In this document: in pieces, positions 41,503 through 54,164 of the stretch
Layout: every line of letters starts with the position of its first letter
Numbering within the stretch: position 1 is the stretch's first letter
Source of the DNA: Octopus vulgaris
Lineage: Eukaryota
Length of the DNA stretch: 64,000 bases
Assembly (NCBI GenBank): GCA_951406725.2
Contig: OX597816.1
Coordinates: 72,602,001 to 72,666,000, forward strand
Direction of reading: 5' to 3'
Made by a program: the position numbers and the translations under genes
The notes under the pieces: model-generated
The model's database searches: none
Told to the model about the DNA's origin: nothing
Seen by the model: only the letters and a program-made list of their open reading frames with translations

Positions 41503-41860
41503 TGGCACTCCGTCGCTTACGACGATGAGGGTTCCAGTTGATCGAATCAACAGAACAGCCCGCTCGTGAAATTAACGTGCAAGTGTCTGAGCACTCTACA
41601 GACACATGTATATTGAGCGTGAGACAGAGTGTGACAAGGCTGGCCCTTTGAATTATAGGCACGAAAGAAACAAGAAGTAAGAGTGAGAGAAAGTTGTGGT
41701 GAAAGAGTACAGCAGGGTTCGCCGCCACACCCTGCCGGAGCCTCGCGGAGCTTTAGATGTTTTCGCTTACTAAACACTCACAACGCCCGGTCTGGGAATC
41801 GAAACCGCGATCCTATATCCGCGAGTCCGCTGCCCTAACCACTGGGTCATTGCGCCTCCA
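41503..41860 (-). mobile_element. SINE family C, tail type 3
   Basis: Family C head plus the tail GTTAATTTCACGAGC...GATCAACTGGAACCCTC..GACGGAGTGCCA. Confidence 0.88.
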
Positions 41861-41888
41861 CAAACAATGAACAATAACCATACGATAA

Positions 41889-41922
<34 letters not shown>

Positions 41923-42409
41923 CATAGATATTGGTTTAAAATTTCGGCTCAAGAGCAGCTATTTCGGAGAAGTTAATTACGTTTGGCATTTTTTTTTATA
42001 GGTCCCGAAAGGATAAATTGGAAAAAAAAAAATCGAACTCGGTGGAATTTGAACTTAAAAAGTAATGACTGACAAAGTATAGGCAAACATTTTAGACCGG
42101 CGTGCTACCGATTCTGCCAACCCTTGAGAACATTTTAGATACTGAGAAATTTACATTATGAAGTAATAGCTTGTATATATATGAGAAAATATTGTGTCTC
42201 AGGACGGTCATTATACCAGTAATAAACACGTGCACTGGCTCTATTTCCCTGGCAGAATCTTTAGCACGCCGGGTAAAAATGTGCCGAGGTCGACTTTACC
42301 TTTCTTCTTTATCAGGTCGATAAAATAAGTATCAGTGAAGTACTGGGGTCGATGTAATTGAACTATCTGCAGCCCCGAAATTTCAAGCCTTGTACCTGTA
42401 ACAGAAAGA

Positions 42410-42472
<63 letters not shown>

Positions 42473-42475
42473 TAA

Positions 42476-42891
42476 TTCGTTTATTGGCTACAAAGGCTAA
42501 CAAAAATCAATTAAAACATGTAGGGACAAAATACACGACGAAAGTTACAAAAAGGTTTTGTCCGTTGAAAAAATGTCCGTGTAAAAAATGTGAAATAACA
42601 ACGAAATTATGTAACAATTAAAGCTTACAATAGGGGGAGGCGCTTCGAAAGGTTACTCGTGGAAAAACCCATAAAAGCTACGGGAGCCTGGTCAAAAATG
42701 CGGTAGAGAGCCCCTTTCTCCTGTTGTAATACCTTTTTATATCACAGGTGTATCCTCAGAATTGGTCCGTTCATATTGGCCATTCTTCCGACATTCACCC
42801 ACCATTCAATAAACTTGCTACGAGACAGCACTTCCCTCTCTACTCTCATCTTCCTTTGCAAGTGAAACGTGAAAAAGTTGATGAGGCCTTG
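42476..42891 (-). mobile_element. L1/Tx1-like LINE 3' end
   Basis: QGLINFFTFHLQRKMRVEREVLSRSKFIEWWVNVGRMA..*, then a T-rich UTR ending GTTAGCCTTTGTAGCCAATAAACGAAT-(TAT)n. Clade call is by resemblance only. Confidence 0.65.
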
Positions 42892-43214
42892 ATTATTATT
42901 ATTATTATTATTATTATTAGTCAATAAGGTAATTGTTTATCCAAATTAATTCATCGATTATTTGATTAACCGTTCGATTAATCAATCAATCAGTTAGCTA
43001 GGTCTGTCAAAGTCCATTGATCGTGAAAGGCAGCCTCATCGATGACATTACTCCAACACCGCAGGTTAGCTCCAGGTCTTCTACTTAAGAGAAAAAACTT
43101 AACTAACACAACACAACAGAATCGGAAATAAAATAGATTATGAAAAAAAACTTGAGAAAAAGATTCTAAAATATACAATCTGAATATGAAAACAGGTGGG
43201 AATAGTTTATCATT

Positions 43215-43365
43215 ATCTGGTCGAGCTTGTTCAAACATGTCTAACTTGCACACCCATCCATCTCGGTTCTGTACTTCAATAGGGAGGTCTTCAGAGAGGC
43301 AACCAGAGTCTCTGGTGAGGTGATCTACATACGTTGTTTTCGGACGACCTGTTGGACTGCATACG
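43215..43365 (-). mobile_element. RTE-like LINE extreme 3' end
   Basis: Translates GRPKTTYVDHLTRDSGCLSEDLPIEVQNRDGW, the typical RTE GRP..TY.D....DR..W terminus. Confidence 0.7.
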
Positions 43366-43769
43366 TTGTGTTCGAAAATAGTTAAGCTATTTAAATTAGG
43401 TTTCCTATGGGCCGGCCAAAAAAAAAAAAAAAGAAAAAAGAACTATCAGAAACGAGTAACAAAACTCAGGATTGTCTCAGAAGAGCAAGACCCGACGTTA
43501 AGTACAGTTATTTTTTATTTATATTTATGGCGGCAGAGGTGCAAAACCATCCACACACAACAACTTGAATAAATAAATAAACAGATAAATACACACACGT
43601 ACACATTTATGCAGGCTGTTTCCATGTATATTGTATGCATCGTTTCTTTTCTCTTTCGGTGGACTAACAAACATACACGTCATTAATAGAAAGGTGTGTG
43701 CTTTGTAATGTCATGTCTAAACTTCTAAATCAGCGTTCAGTGCACTAGGTAAGCTTTCACAACAAATTT

Positions 43770-44710
43770 ACTTTTTTATTGCCCTCAGGGGGGCTAAACA
43801 GAGAGGAGACAAACAAGGCCAGACAAAGGGATTTAGTCGATTACATTGACCCCAGTGCATAACTGGTACTTATTTAATCGGCCCCGAAAGGATGAAAGGC
43901 AAAGTTGACCTCGGCGGAATTTGAACTCAGAACGTAATGGCAGACGAAATGTCGCTAAGTATTTTGCCCGGAGTGCTAACGATTCTGCCAAAATTGCCGC
44001 CTTCCATTGTAACGTCATATTAGGTAAGAGTTTGAATGTTGTCAAATACGCGAGAAAATTCTTCTTACTATAGGTTCAATGCCTTAAATTGGCGAGTGGG
44101 GACTCGATTACATCAACCCAATGCTCAACTGGTACTTATTTTTCGAGCCTGAAAGGAAGAAAACCAAAGTTGATCTCCGTGGAATTTGAACTCAGAACGT
44201 AAAGTCCGAAGAAATACCTATTTCTTTACTACCCACAAGGGGCTAAACACAGACGGGACAAACAAGGACAGACAAACGGATTAACTTGATTATATCGACC
44301 CCAGTGCGTAACTGGTATTTATTTATCGACCCCGAAAGGATGAAAGGCAAAGTCGACCTCGGCGGAATTTGAACTCAGAACGTAACGGCAGACGAAATAC
44401 GGCTAAGCATTTCGCCCGGCGTGCTAACGATTCTGCCAGCTCACCGAAGAAATACCGCTAAGCATTTTGTTCGGCATGCTAACGACTCTGCCAGTTCATT
44501 ACCTTTATTTCATAGTTTGGCACAAGGCCAGCAGTTTAAGGAAAAGCAAGTCGAATACATCAGTCTCAGTGCCCAATTGGTTCTTATTTTATCGACCCCG
44601 GAGGAAAGAAAGGCAAAGTCGATCTCAAAGGAATTTGAACTTAGAACGTGAAGCCGAAGTAAAGCCGCTAAATGTTTTGTCCAATGTGCCAAGATCCTCG
44701 CTGCTTTCGT
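43770..44710 (-). mobile_element. Cluster of family-B SINEs, including a nested young copy (44219-44443, 13-bp TSD)
   Basis: Four co-oriented GGAATTTGAACT(C/T)AGAACG cores. TSD CCGAAGAAATACC at 44206-44218 and 44444-44456. Confidence 0.88.
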
Positions 44711-45459
44711 AAACAAGAAACTAATGAAAAGAAATATAGTAACAGACACCGGTTTCCTTCTATTAAGTACACACGCTGACATGCGCAATATGGTGATAGA
44801 AAAAGAATATTGCCAAATATGTTGCTACATATGTGAAGAATGATTCCCATTATTTCGTTTCGCCTATTTTGTATTTTCTTTATTTTGTTGTTGTTGTTGT
44901 TGTTTGCTTTCTCTGTCTTTTCTTTCCTCTAGGGAATAGTTTCGGTTTAAGGAGGAAAAAGGAAGATGCTTGCTAAGTGAAGAGTGCGTTTATGTTTAAG
45001 AAGACATTTGGCAGTTCGTAGCTGTCAACTTCTTGCCGCTTGTTCATTTGTATTTTTCCTCTATATTGTTTGCACTTCGTTATATACTAATTAAGAAAGC
45101 TAATTAAATTTCATGATATTTGAGTTTGGTTCAATTAGTTGCGATGTTTCCACTACGAAATCGATGATCGTAAACTCTATTCACGCCAAATGAAAAAAAA
45201 AAAATTAGAAAGAAAGAAAAAGAAAATCAATCTATCAAGCCGATTGTGTGTCCTAATATATTTGCTTCACAGATACACGTAATGCATTTTATATTGCCGG
45301 GTAAAGTACCAGTGAAGTACTGGAAATAACTATAATTGACAATATCTTGACACCCATTAAAGAATTTGAGGCCTAGTACCTTTATTAGAAATCAATATTA
45401 ACTGTAAATCTCTCTCACTTCAAAGTCTTAAATAAGGAAATAACACTGTCCATCTTCGC

Positions 45460-45492
<33 letters not shown>

Positions 45493-45709
45493 TATCATTG
45501 TCATCATCGACATCCTCGTCGTCATCGTCATTATCACCATCATCATCATTACAAGTATCCTCGTGTCAGCAGAAATGACGGTAGTTTTTATTAAACGGAA
45601 TGACCCAATGCGACTTTCAGTGTAATGACATTTTGATAGTGATAGCAAAAGTAGGCATTATTACTCTTTTATTTCTGCATCATTCCTGACCTTGCTGCTT
45701 GTTTGTTTG

Positions 45710-46030
45710 ATGAGCGAAGTGGTCTTCGTCCCAGAGTGGGAGAAGTCCAAAACGTGGTCCTTTGCTATTCGTAAGACCCGCAGAAGGGTGCAGGTCAACC
45801 CCCGACACCGAGAGCATTGACGGATGGATGAATGTGCATCCAGGATCAGCGGTTGCGCAGGAAGTCGGGGATAAGAAACAGGAAGAAAGAGTGAGAGAAA
45901 GTTGGAGCGAAAAGGTACAACAGGAGCCTCGTGGAGCTCAGGTGTTTTCACTCAATAAACACACACAATCGAAACCGCGATCCTCCGACTGCAAGTCCAC
46001 TGCCTTAACCACTGGGCCATTGCGCCTCCA
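45710..46030 (-). mobile_element. SINE family C, tail type 1
   Basis: Homologous to 19593-19953, with small deletions. Confidence 0.85.
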
Positions 46031-46379
46031 CTGACCTTGCTGCTGTGTTAAAACTATTATTACTAATCCGGTAGTTTTACTTTTTATGTGATTTTGTTGC
46101 ACAAGCGAATACAATCGTGCGCACCCTTTATTCATGCTGCAGTGCCTTTTCTCTGGTGATGGATAGGTTTAAATTTCTTAGTTGTAATCCAAGAATAGTT
46201 CGCAATATACGTGAAGTAGTGTTTAGGTTTTGCATGTTTTAAATAAGTGTTACCGTGCTGGTTATGTCCTCATCGGCATCTTTTGTCAGCATTCTCAAAA
46301 TATCTATTATTATGAGGGATTGCTTCCACTTTTAATCCTCATATTCTGGTTATCTCTATATCTTTATACTTTTCGATAT

Positions 46380-46678
46380 GTGAAGGCACATGGCTCAGTG
46401 GTTAGAGCGTCGAGCTTACAATCGTTTGGTTGTGAGTTCGAATCCCGGACCGGGCTGCGTGTTGTGTTTACTCAGCTGTAGAAATGAGTTGTAAAATCAC
46501 ATGTGCCAACTGTATCGGCTGTTGCCTTTCCCTTGGATAACATTGGTGGCGTGGAGAGGGGAGGCCGGTATGCATGGGCCACTGCTGGTCTTCCATAAAA
46601 AACCTTGCCCGGAATTGTGCCTGGGAGGGTAACTTTCTAGGTGCAATCCCACGGTCAGTCATGACCAAAGGGGGTCTC
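46380..46678 (+). mobile_element. SINE family D
   Basis: TGGCTCAGTGGTTAGAGCG (A box), GAGTTCGAATCCC (B box), then CTCAGCTGTAGAAATGAG...CATGACCAAAGGGGGTCT. Confidence 0.85.
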
Positions 46679-46739
46679 AAAACTTTTCGATAGGCTTTTA
46701 GTTTCACATCGAGTTATAGATTTGTCTGTTAGCATTAAT

Positions 46740-46950
46740 AGATCTTTTAGGAGATATTTAATTTTCTGATGGCTTTTGACAATATCTAATTAATTTTCCT
46801 TAATTTCCTGTCTAAATGAATTGGGATGTCACGCAGAAAATATAGCCACATAGTCAGTCTCTGATGTTTTCAGGTGTATGTTTGTACAATATTCTTTCTG
46901 TCGGAATCACACAATTCTTGGATTATTTCCAGTGTATGGTAGCTTCTATT
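46740..46950 (-). mobile_element. Old degenerate Dong-like RLE fragment
   Basis: ATIHWK*SKNCVIPTERILYKHTPEN..DIPIHLDRK resembles TYIHWKLCQYYGITTEKRWYRHTPEK..DMPIHTDRE of the Dong-like copies. Confidence 0.55.
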
Positions 46951-47185
46951 AACTAGTCTTCTGTATGTGAAGCCTATCTGTACAGATCAGAAAACTGTGG
47001 CCTGTGTAGCCGAGAATTTGAACTGAGGAAATCTAGGTTATCTCCATCAAATAATTTTACAGAATATTTTATCTTGATGCGATCTGGGCGGCAGTTGAAC
47101 ATTCGAGAAATCCAGTCGGTACCTGTCAGACAGTTGGAAAATTCTGAGCAGATTTGCGAGATTTTGTATTCCTTCTCCTATCTGA

Positions 47186-47488
47186 ATGTGGTCTACGAGA
47201 GGAGTGTCTGTCATTCCAGTAGTTATAGGGGCACTCGGAGTACTAATAAGAGAAATCGGAATTGACATGAGAGCAGAGCAAGCCCAAATGACTGCGCTGC
47301 TGGGGACAGCTAGGATTTTGAGAGTGGTATTTGGATGTTGAATGTCTCCCACGATAATTAACAACCAAGTATCAAAGCTTATAGTGTGTGGAAATAGAAC
47401 CTGTAAGACCTCTAATAGCAGACTACTGTCCACTCTCACAGAATTTACCAGAACAAACAAGAGCGAATGTTCTGAGAAGTAAAACGAT
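47186..47488 (+). mobile_element. 3' end of a third RLE-type LINE family
   Basis: MWSTRGVSVIPVVIGALG..AQMTALLGTARILRVVFGC*, then a UTR and (TAA)n. Confidence 0.8.
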
Positions 47489-47498
47489 AATAATAATA

Positions 47499-47529
<31 letters not shown>

Positions 47530-48060
47530 TAACAACAATAACAACAACACCAACAACAACAACAACAATAATAATAATAGACCTTAACTCATTGAAAGTG
47601 ATATCATGCACATTGTTTTGTCTTGATATAAAACATGGTCTACAGTAAATATTCTGCTCAATAACACAGATTTATTTGTCAGTTGTTTGACCTTAACCAC
47701 TTGAGCATGTCCCTTAGTGGCTGACAATATGTGCATCTCTGATCACGAGCAGAAGTAGTGGGGGAGCATCATAGCCATGTGTTGAGAGGGATTCTTTGGG
47801 GTTTGGATAATTCACCTTTGGAAACATCCTTAAACAACTCTTATTCAGGGAGCTTTTGAGCAGGATGGGCTGCTCAACCTGAAGAAAATTCTAATTGGAC
47901 CCCGCCTGCAAGGTCATGCGCTGTTTATCTTGATATGTGATTACCATGTGATGCATGTACCTGGTATACCCTTATCAGACAGATTGTCATGATGAGTATA
48001 CTTGGCTTCGTTTGTTTTACTCCAGTGTCACTTTGATGGCATGCACTGCTCTCTCACTCA

Positions 48061-48126
<66 letters not shown>

Positions 48127-48410
48127 GTAATAAAAATAATAATAATAATAATAATTTTGGCACATGGTCAGTAATTTCAGGCGAAGGGTAAGTCGATTAC
48201 ATCGACTTTAATTCTCAGCTGGTACTTCATTTTATTGACCCCGAAAGGAAGAAAAGCAAAGTCTACCGCGGCAGAATTTGAACTCAGAACGTAACGACGG
48301 ACGAAATACTTACTCCGGTGTGCTGCTCAAAGCGCACAAACAGGCAATATACCCGAGAAAAAATATCAGATGATCACGAAAGAATTGAAAGATCGATCAT
48401 AGATCTATTC

Positions 48411-48648
48411 CAGTGTTTTTCAAAAAATTTTCGCTATGAACCTCTTTGATCCCTATTTTACTCAGGTGAACCCCTAAAAACATTCGATATATATTTTTTT
48501 TAATCTTGTTATATTTTATAAAAAGAAATTGTTAAAATATTTTGTTCTTTTATAAAAGTAAAACCAATTTATTGCAGATAAATTTTAACAACAAAATTTT
48601 ACGTGGAACCCCAACAAGGCCCAAATGGACTCTTGTTAAGAACCACTG
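48411..48648. mobile_element. hAT (Buster/Charlie) MITE
   Basis: Termini CAGTGTTTTTCAA and TTAAGAACCACTG. Imperfect 8-bp TSD ATCTATTC / ATCTACTT with central TA. Confidence 0.75.
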
Positions 48649-49700
48649 ATCTACTTGAACTAAGTCGATTCGAAAGGCTAAACAACAATACCAGGAAGAA
48701 TAAATAGCATAACCAAACCTTCCATTAAAAAAACCCACCCATAAATCAGCACAAAAAAAAAAAAACTGAAACTTGAAACCCACAGTTTTGTTCCCTTCGG
48801 CCTTCTTACTTACAAATCAAATTGGTTGGTCGCAATGTTATACGAGTCATTCTATCCAAACTAGTTTATTTCCATGCTTATTTTTTTTTTCTTTCACAGC
48901 AGCGAGAAATAAAATTTACGGAAGAGTGAAGAAAAGTAAAGAGTAATATGTGTGTGAAGGGGTGGTGACGATATGGGTGGGTGTGGTAAACAAAGTTTAA
49001 ATTCAACTTTCAAACAAAAATTTATATAAAATAAAATCAACAAAAACAATAGAAAAACACACACACAAACACACAAGAAAAACTCAAACCACAACCAGTG
49101 ACCTGGAGAGACAGTTATGTGAGTTAACGTGAATTACTCAATTTTGACTATTAATATAAAACAATTTAGGCAGAGAATAACAACCATTGTTATGTTTGGT
49201 TAAATCGAATGTGTCTTTTCATAGCAGCAATTTCTTCGATAATTTTGTCTTTTAAATTTAATTTTTTTCTATATTTTATAGTATTTTTTTTAAGCATCAT
49301 CTATTTATTTTTATATTTAACTTTGTACTTTTATTTTTCAATTTGCGATTTCTTCTCGAAGTAATTTGATAATTCGACAGCTTAATTAATAATTTTCCTT
49401 GATGTTCATTATTGTAATATGTGCACATGTGAGCGAGTGTGCGAATATTATTTATGTTTGCGTTTCAATGTCTTTGCGTTGTTATTTCTGTGCAAGTATG
49501 TGTGTGCAGGTGCGTTTCTGTGCATCAGTGTGCATTCCTCAATGGTTATGTAGCTGTATTTATGTGTGTGCGTGTGTATGTATATGCATGCATATATGTG
49601 CCTGTGCACGTGCGTATGTGAGTGTGTGTGAATGTCTTATCTGAATTTCCAGATTAAATATCGATCTTTCAATTATTAAATTATTTCATTATATACATGC

Positions 49701-49747
<47 letters not shown>

Positions 49748-49811
49748 TGCGTGTGTGTATGTGTGTGCGTGTGGCTATGTGTGCGTATATATATATATAT
49801 ATATACATACA

Positions 49812-49847
<36 letters not shown>

Positions 49848-49873
49848 TATGTGTGTATATGTGTTTGTGTATG

Positions 49874-49920
<47 letters not shown>

Positions 49921-50229
49921 TGTATGTGTTTATGTGTTTCTATTTACGCGTGCATGTGTGTATTACATTTTATATATTTTTTATTTTTATGTTTGGCTCT
50001 TATTTATTAAAATATCTTTTGCTTTGTTATTTCTACAGATCTTGAATTAATTTATTTCGAAAAAGATTAAATTGATGAAGGCAAAAAAAAAGAAAAAGAA
50101 GAAAAAAAACACGACAAACAAACAAACCAAAAAAGAGCGAAAAATTAGAAAAAAAAATCAAAACAATAAAATTATACAAAAACAAATCAAAAACCACACA
50201 AAGGCCACACATACATACATAAACACCGA

Positions 50230-50314
<85 letters not shown>

Positions 50315-50857
50315 TTATACACTTAAAAAATACAGATACAAAAATAGAAAAATGACAATAATGATTTCTTGTCATTGAAGCGTTGTCTAGTCAAAGATGC
50401 TCAGCTTCACACTTCTTTTAACTGATTCAGAAAGAAAAGAAAGGAAAAAAATGATAGTTGTTGAATTTATGGCCTTAATTACATGACACTGGAACTATTT
50501 TGGAGACCCATTAGCGGATAAGTACTGCGCCAGGTCAGAATACTTAGTATCAAGGTGTTGGTTTATGTGGTTTAAATGTAGTTTCATTTCGGAAGAACTT
50601 TGTTGATATCTGTCTGCCAGTGTGTTCTGTTTGTTTGAGGGATATGCGTCAGTTAGTCGCCCTGTTTGTATGCCTGTGCATGTATCTGTGTGTGTTTGTA
50701 TGTGTGCCTGAATGTGTGTTTGTGTATGTGTGTATGTGTGAGTGTGTGTGTGTGTGTCCGCGTCTGTGTGTCTCTGCTTATTTATCAATCAACCTACCTA
50801 CCTACCTACCTACCTACCTACCTACCTACCTACCTACCTACCTACCTACATACCTAC

Positions 50858-50894
<37 letters not shown>

Positions 50895-51091
50895 GATCGA
50901 TCGATCTATCTACCCATACGTAGATAATTCTTATTGAGCACCTCACTTTCACTCTAATACAGACACACAAACACACATACAAATGTACACACACACACAC
51001 ACATGTATACACATCTATGTATGCAAACATACATGCTTGTATGTATGTATGCAAGTATGTCTCTCTCTCTCTCTCTCTCTCTCTGTATATA

Positions 51092-51126
<35 letters not shown>

Positions 51127-51257
51127 GAATTAAAAGGGAATAAAGGTAGATATCTAGAAAGCACTCAATTCTAAACGAACTTGATTAACTTTATCAAACA
51201 ATAAAATATAAATAAATGCAAGTAGAACTAACAATAGACAGATAGATAGATAGATAA

Positions 51258-51310
<53 letters not shown>

Positions 51311-51323
51311 CAAACAGACAGAC

Positions 51324-51379
<56 letters not shown>

Positions 51380-51964
51380 TTATGTTTATATAAGCATAAA
51401 TTTATGTATATATAAACTATTAAGTTAGACCGTGTCTAACTTAATAGCACGTGCTGATAGAATCCGGTAAGTCATTTTAAGTCAGCTTTTGTGGTTTCCT
51501 TGCCCATTCAAGAAGGTAGTCATTGTTGGCTAAGATGCATAGTGGCGCGTCTTAAAGAAATTCGTCCCGGTTTCGTTTGAATGTAATGGAATCTTTACCT
51601 TCTTTAATTTGTTTTGGTATAATATTACTTTATCCTTGTAGCAGTTGATGATGTTATTACACCAGTCATTGGATATAACACCTTCCTGTACAATCTGATT
51701 TATTATGCAGATGATTAGTCCATATCACACTTTGCGAGAAAAATATTCCGAGAAAAAGTCTTTTTCACCACAACAAAACACACACACAGCAGTGTGTCTA
51801 TGGTAACTTGAGATACTACAAATAGCAGCCAAATCTCTCTTAAAACACACTCTTTCAAAAGGAAGAAAAGGAAAATAAAACAATGCGATGGGTCTGTTAC
51901 ATCAGAGGCATCTCTAGGTTATACAAAACACAGATTAACATACTTCACATTAAAAGATTAACTA

Positions 51965-52280
51965 CTAAATAATACTAATAAAGTTGACGTTTTATCTGCG
52001 AAGTTTCATTCCCTGGTAAAACTTCATATATTTTAAACATTTTCTCATTTTGCTTTCTCTAACACATAGATTGTTCAATCAGAGGTGCCTCCCTTAGGTA
52101 AAAACCTAAAACCTGTGCGACGCGACCTCGTTTTCGAGGTTATTTTTGTAACAAAAAAAGTCGTTGTGCAAAAAACATACTTTACTTGGTAGCCGAAAGA
52201 TTACTGAATCTTTCGATATCTCACGTCAAAATCGGCAACTCAGTTTCCGAATCCATAAGGAGCACACACACACACACATA
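51965..52280 (+). mobile_element. Possible Helitron/Helentron-associated non-autonomous element (HINE-like)
   Basis: TCACGTCAAAATCGG..GTTTCCGA..CATAAGG followed by (CA)n resembles HINE/DINE-type cores. Several short hairpins are present. Confidence 0.35.
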
Positions 52281-52539
52281 GAATAGTTACCGCGCCGGGC
52301 AAAATGCATAGCGGCATTTCGCCTATCTTTACGTTCTGAGTTTAAATTCCACGGAGATCGACTTTGCTTTTCACCCTTTCGGGGTTGATAACAAACTACG
52401 AGTCAAGTACTGGTTTAGATGTAATCGACTTGACCCCTCCAAAATCGCTGGTCTCGTACCTTAACACCATTGCTATTATGGTTCTGCATTAAGCACAGAT
52501 CTATCTTGCTTTCTTTCTTTCTATATATATATAGATATT

Positions 52540-52589
<50 letters not shown>

Positions 52590-52624
52590 GTAAGTTTTGT
52601 AAATCTATCTACCTATCTTTCTAT

Positions 52625-52738
<114 letters not shown>

Positions 52739-53413
52739 ATTTACACATGTGTGTGTGTGTGTGTGTGAAACAAAACAAAAAAAATATCTCACACAAATTG
52801 ATAGATATGGAAAAACAAAATGAAAAAGGAGAAAATGCATTATTGTTGTTAATTATTTCCGAAGAACATAATAATAATGAACTCGTTCCAAAAGACAATA
52901 CGTATTCAATTACAGATTATCACAATTAAATTATTTAAATTATTTCAAAACAATTATTACATTTCCAAATTTTCCCATTATACCCAAAATACATGACTAC
53001 AACCAAATCACAGATAAAAGAGCAGATTACAAAAATTCGCATAAAAAATAAACGAGCGATTTACAAAACACAATAAAAAGTACAAGTAATGACTCAAAAA
53101 AAAAAAAAAAAAACCAGGAAATATAAGAAATCTCACAAGAACAGTAAACAAATAAAACCCTGTGAAACAAAACAAAAAAAGTAACAAAGAGGAGATAGTT
53201 AAAACAGAAAAAAATTACAGAAAGATAAGAGGTAGCCTATGAAAGCAGAAAAAATGAATACCCCTAAATACATATGGACGAAACATCACGAAGAACTTAA
53301 ACAGCATGAAACAAAAAAAAAAACACGTTGTAGCGCAACGATTGGATGGAATCAACTAAGACAGCAGTTAAATATCCTCAAATCACAGGTTTCTGTCTTG
53401 TGTATTATAAGCT

Positions 53414-53793
53414 TGGAGGCAGAATAGCCCAGTGGTTAGGGCAGCGGACTCGCGGTCGTAGGATCGCAGCTTCGATTCCCAGACCGGGCGTTGTGAGTGT
53501 TTATTGATCGAAAACACTTAAGGCCTCCCGATGCTCTTGCAGGGGGTGGTGGCGAACCCTGCTGTACTCGTTCACCACAACTTCCTCTCACTCTTACTTC
53601 CTGTTTTCGTTGTACCTGTATTTCAAAGAGCCAGCCTTGTCACACTCTGTGTCACGCTGAATCTCCCCAAGAACTACGTTAAGTGTACATGTGTCTGTGG
53701 AGTGTTTAGCCACTTACAGGTTAATTTCACGAGCAGGCTGTTCCGTGGATCGGATCAGCTGGAACTCTCGTCATCGTAACCGACGGAGTGCCA
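53414..53793 (+). mobile_element. SINE family C, tail type 3
   Basis: Family C head; tail ends GTAACCGACGGAGTGCCA. Confidence 0.88.
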
Positions 53794-53904
53794 CATATTA
53801 TATGCTTAATATCCTTTATTAAAAGATGGGTTGAATACCTCTAGAATTGTTGATGGGGACGATTCAGCTGGAAAGCTACGGCCAACATAATGTCGCGTGC
53901 TTAC

Positions 53905-53958
53905 CACCCGGTTGTTTCGGCCAGAGATGTTTCTCTGAAGGTGCACTTCACCGAATGT
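53905..53958 (-). other. Candidate 54-nt internal exon
   Basis: Minus strand: CTAAT branch-like site, long pyrimidine tract with no AG until CCTCAG|, 54 nt, then GTG|GTAAGC. Confidence 0.35.
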
Positions 53959-54164
53959 CTGAGGCCGCCGGTACGTTCACAGAGAGCAAAACAAAAAAGA
54001 GAAAAAAAATTAGATTTCTCGGAGCAAGCCCCACTGACTTCCGTAAGAAAAGCAGAGAATGTCCGTTCAGCGCTGACCTTAGGTTTAACATCAAGAAAAC
54101 ACCCATGCATATACACACACACACATAGACACATACAAACATAGAACATTATAACTTAAAGATA

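Noticed and set aside
43770-44710. CRISPR-like recurrence of GGAATTTGAACTCAGAACG
   Set aside because: Irregular spacing, homologous spacers, eukaryotic context and no cas genes; these are SINE copies.
50387-50455. Minus-strand pyrimidine tract and AG followed by a short frame (KRSVKLSIFD*)
   Set aside because: All frames stop quickly and nothing independent supports a terminal exon.
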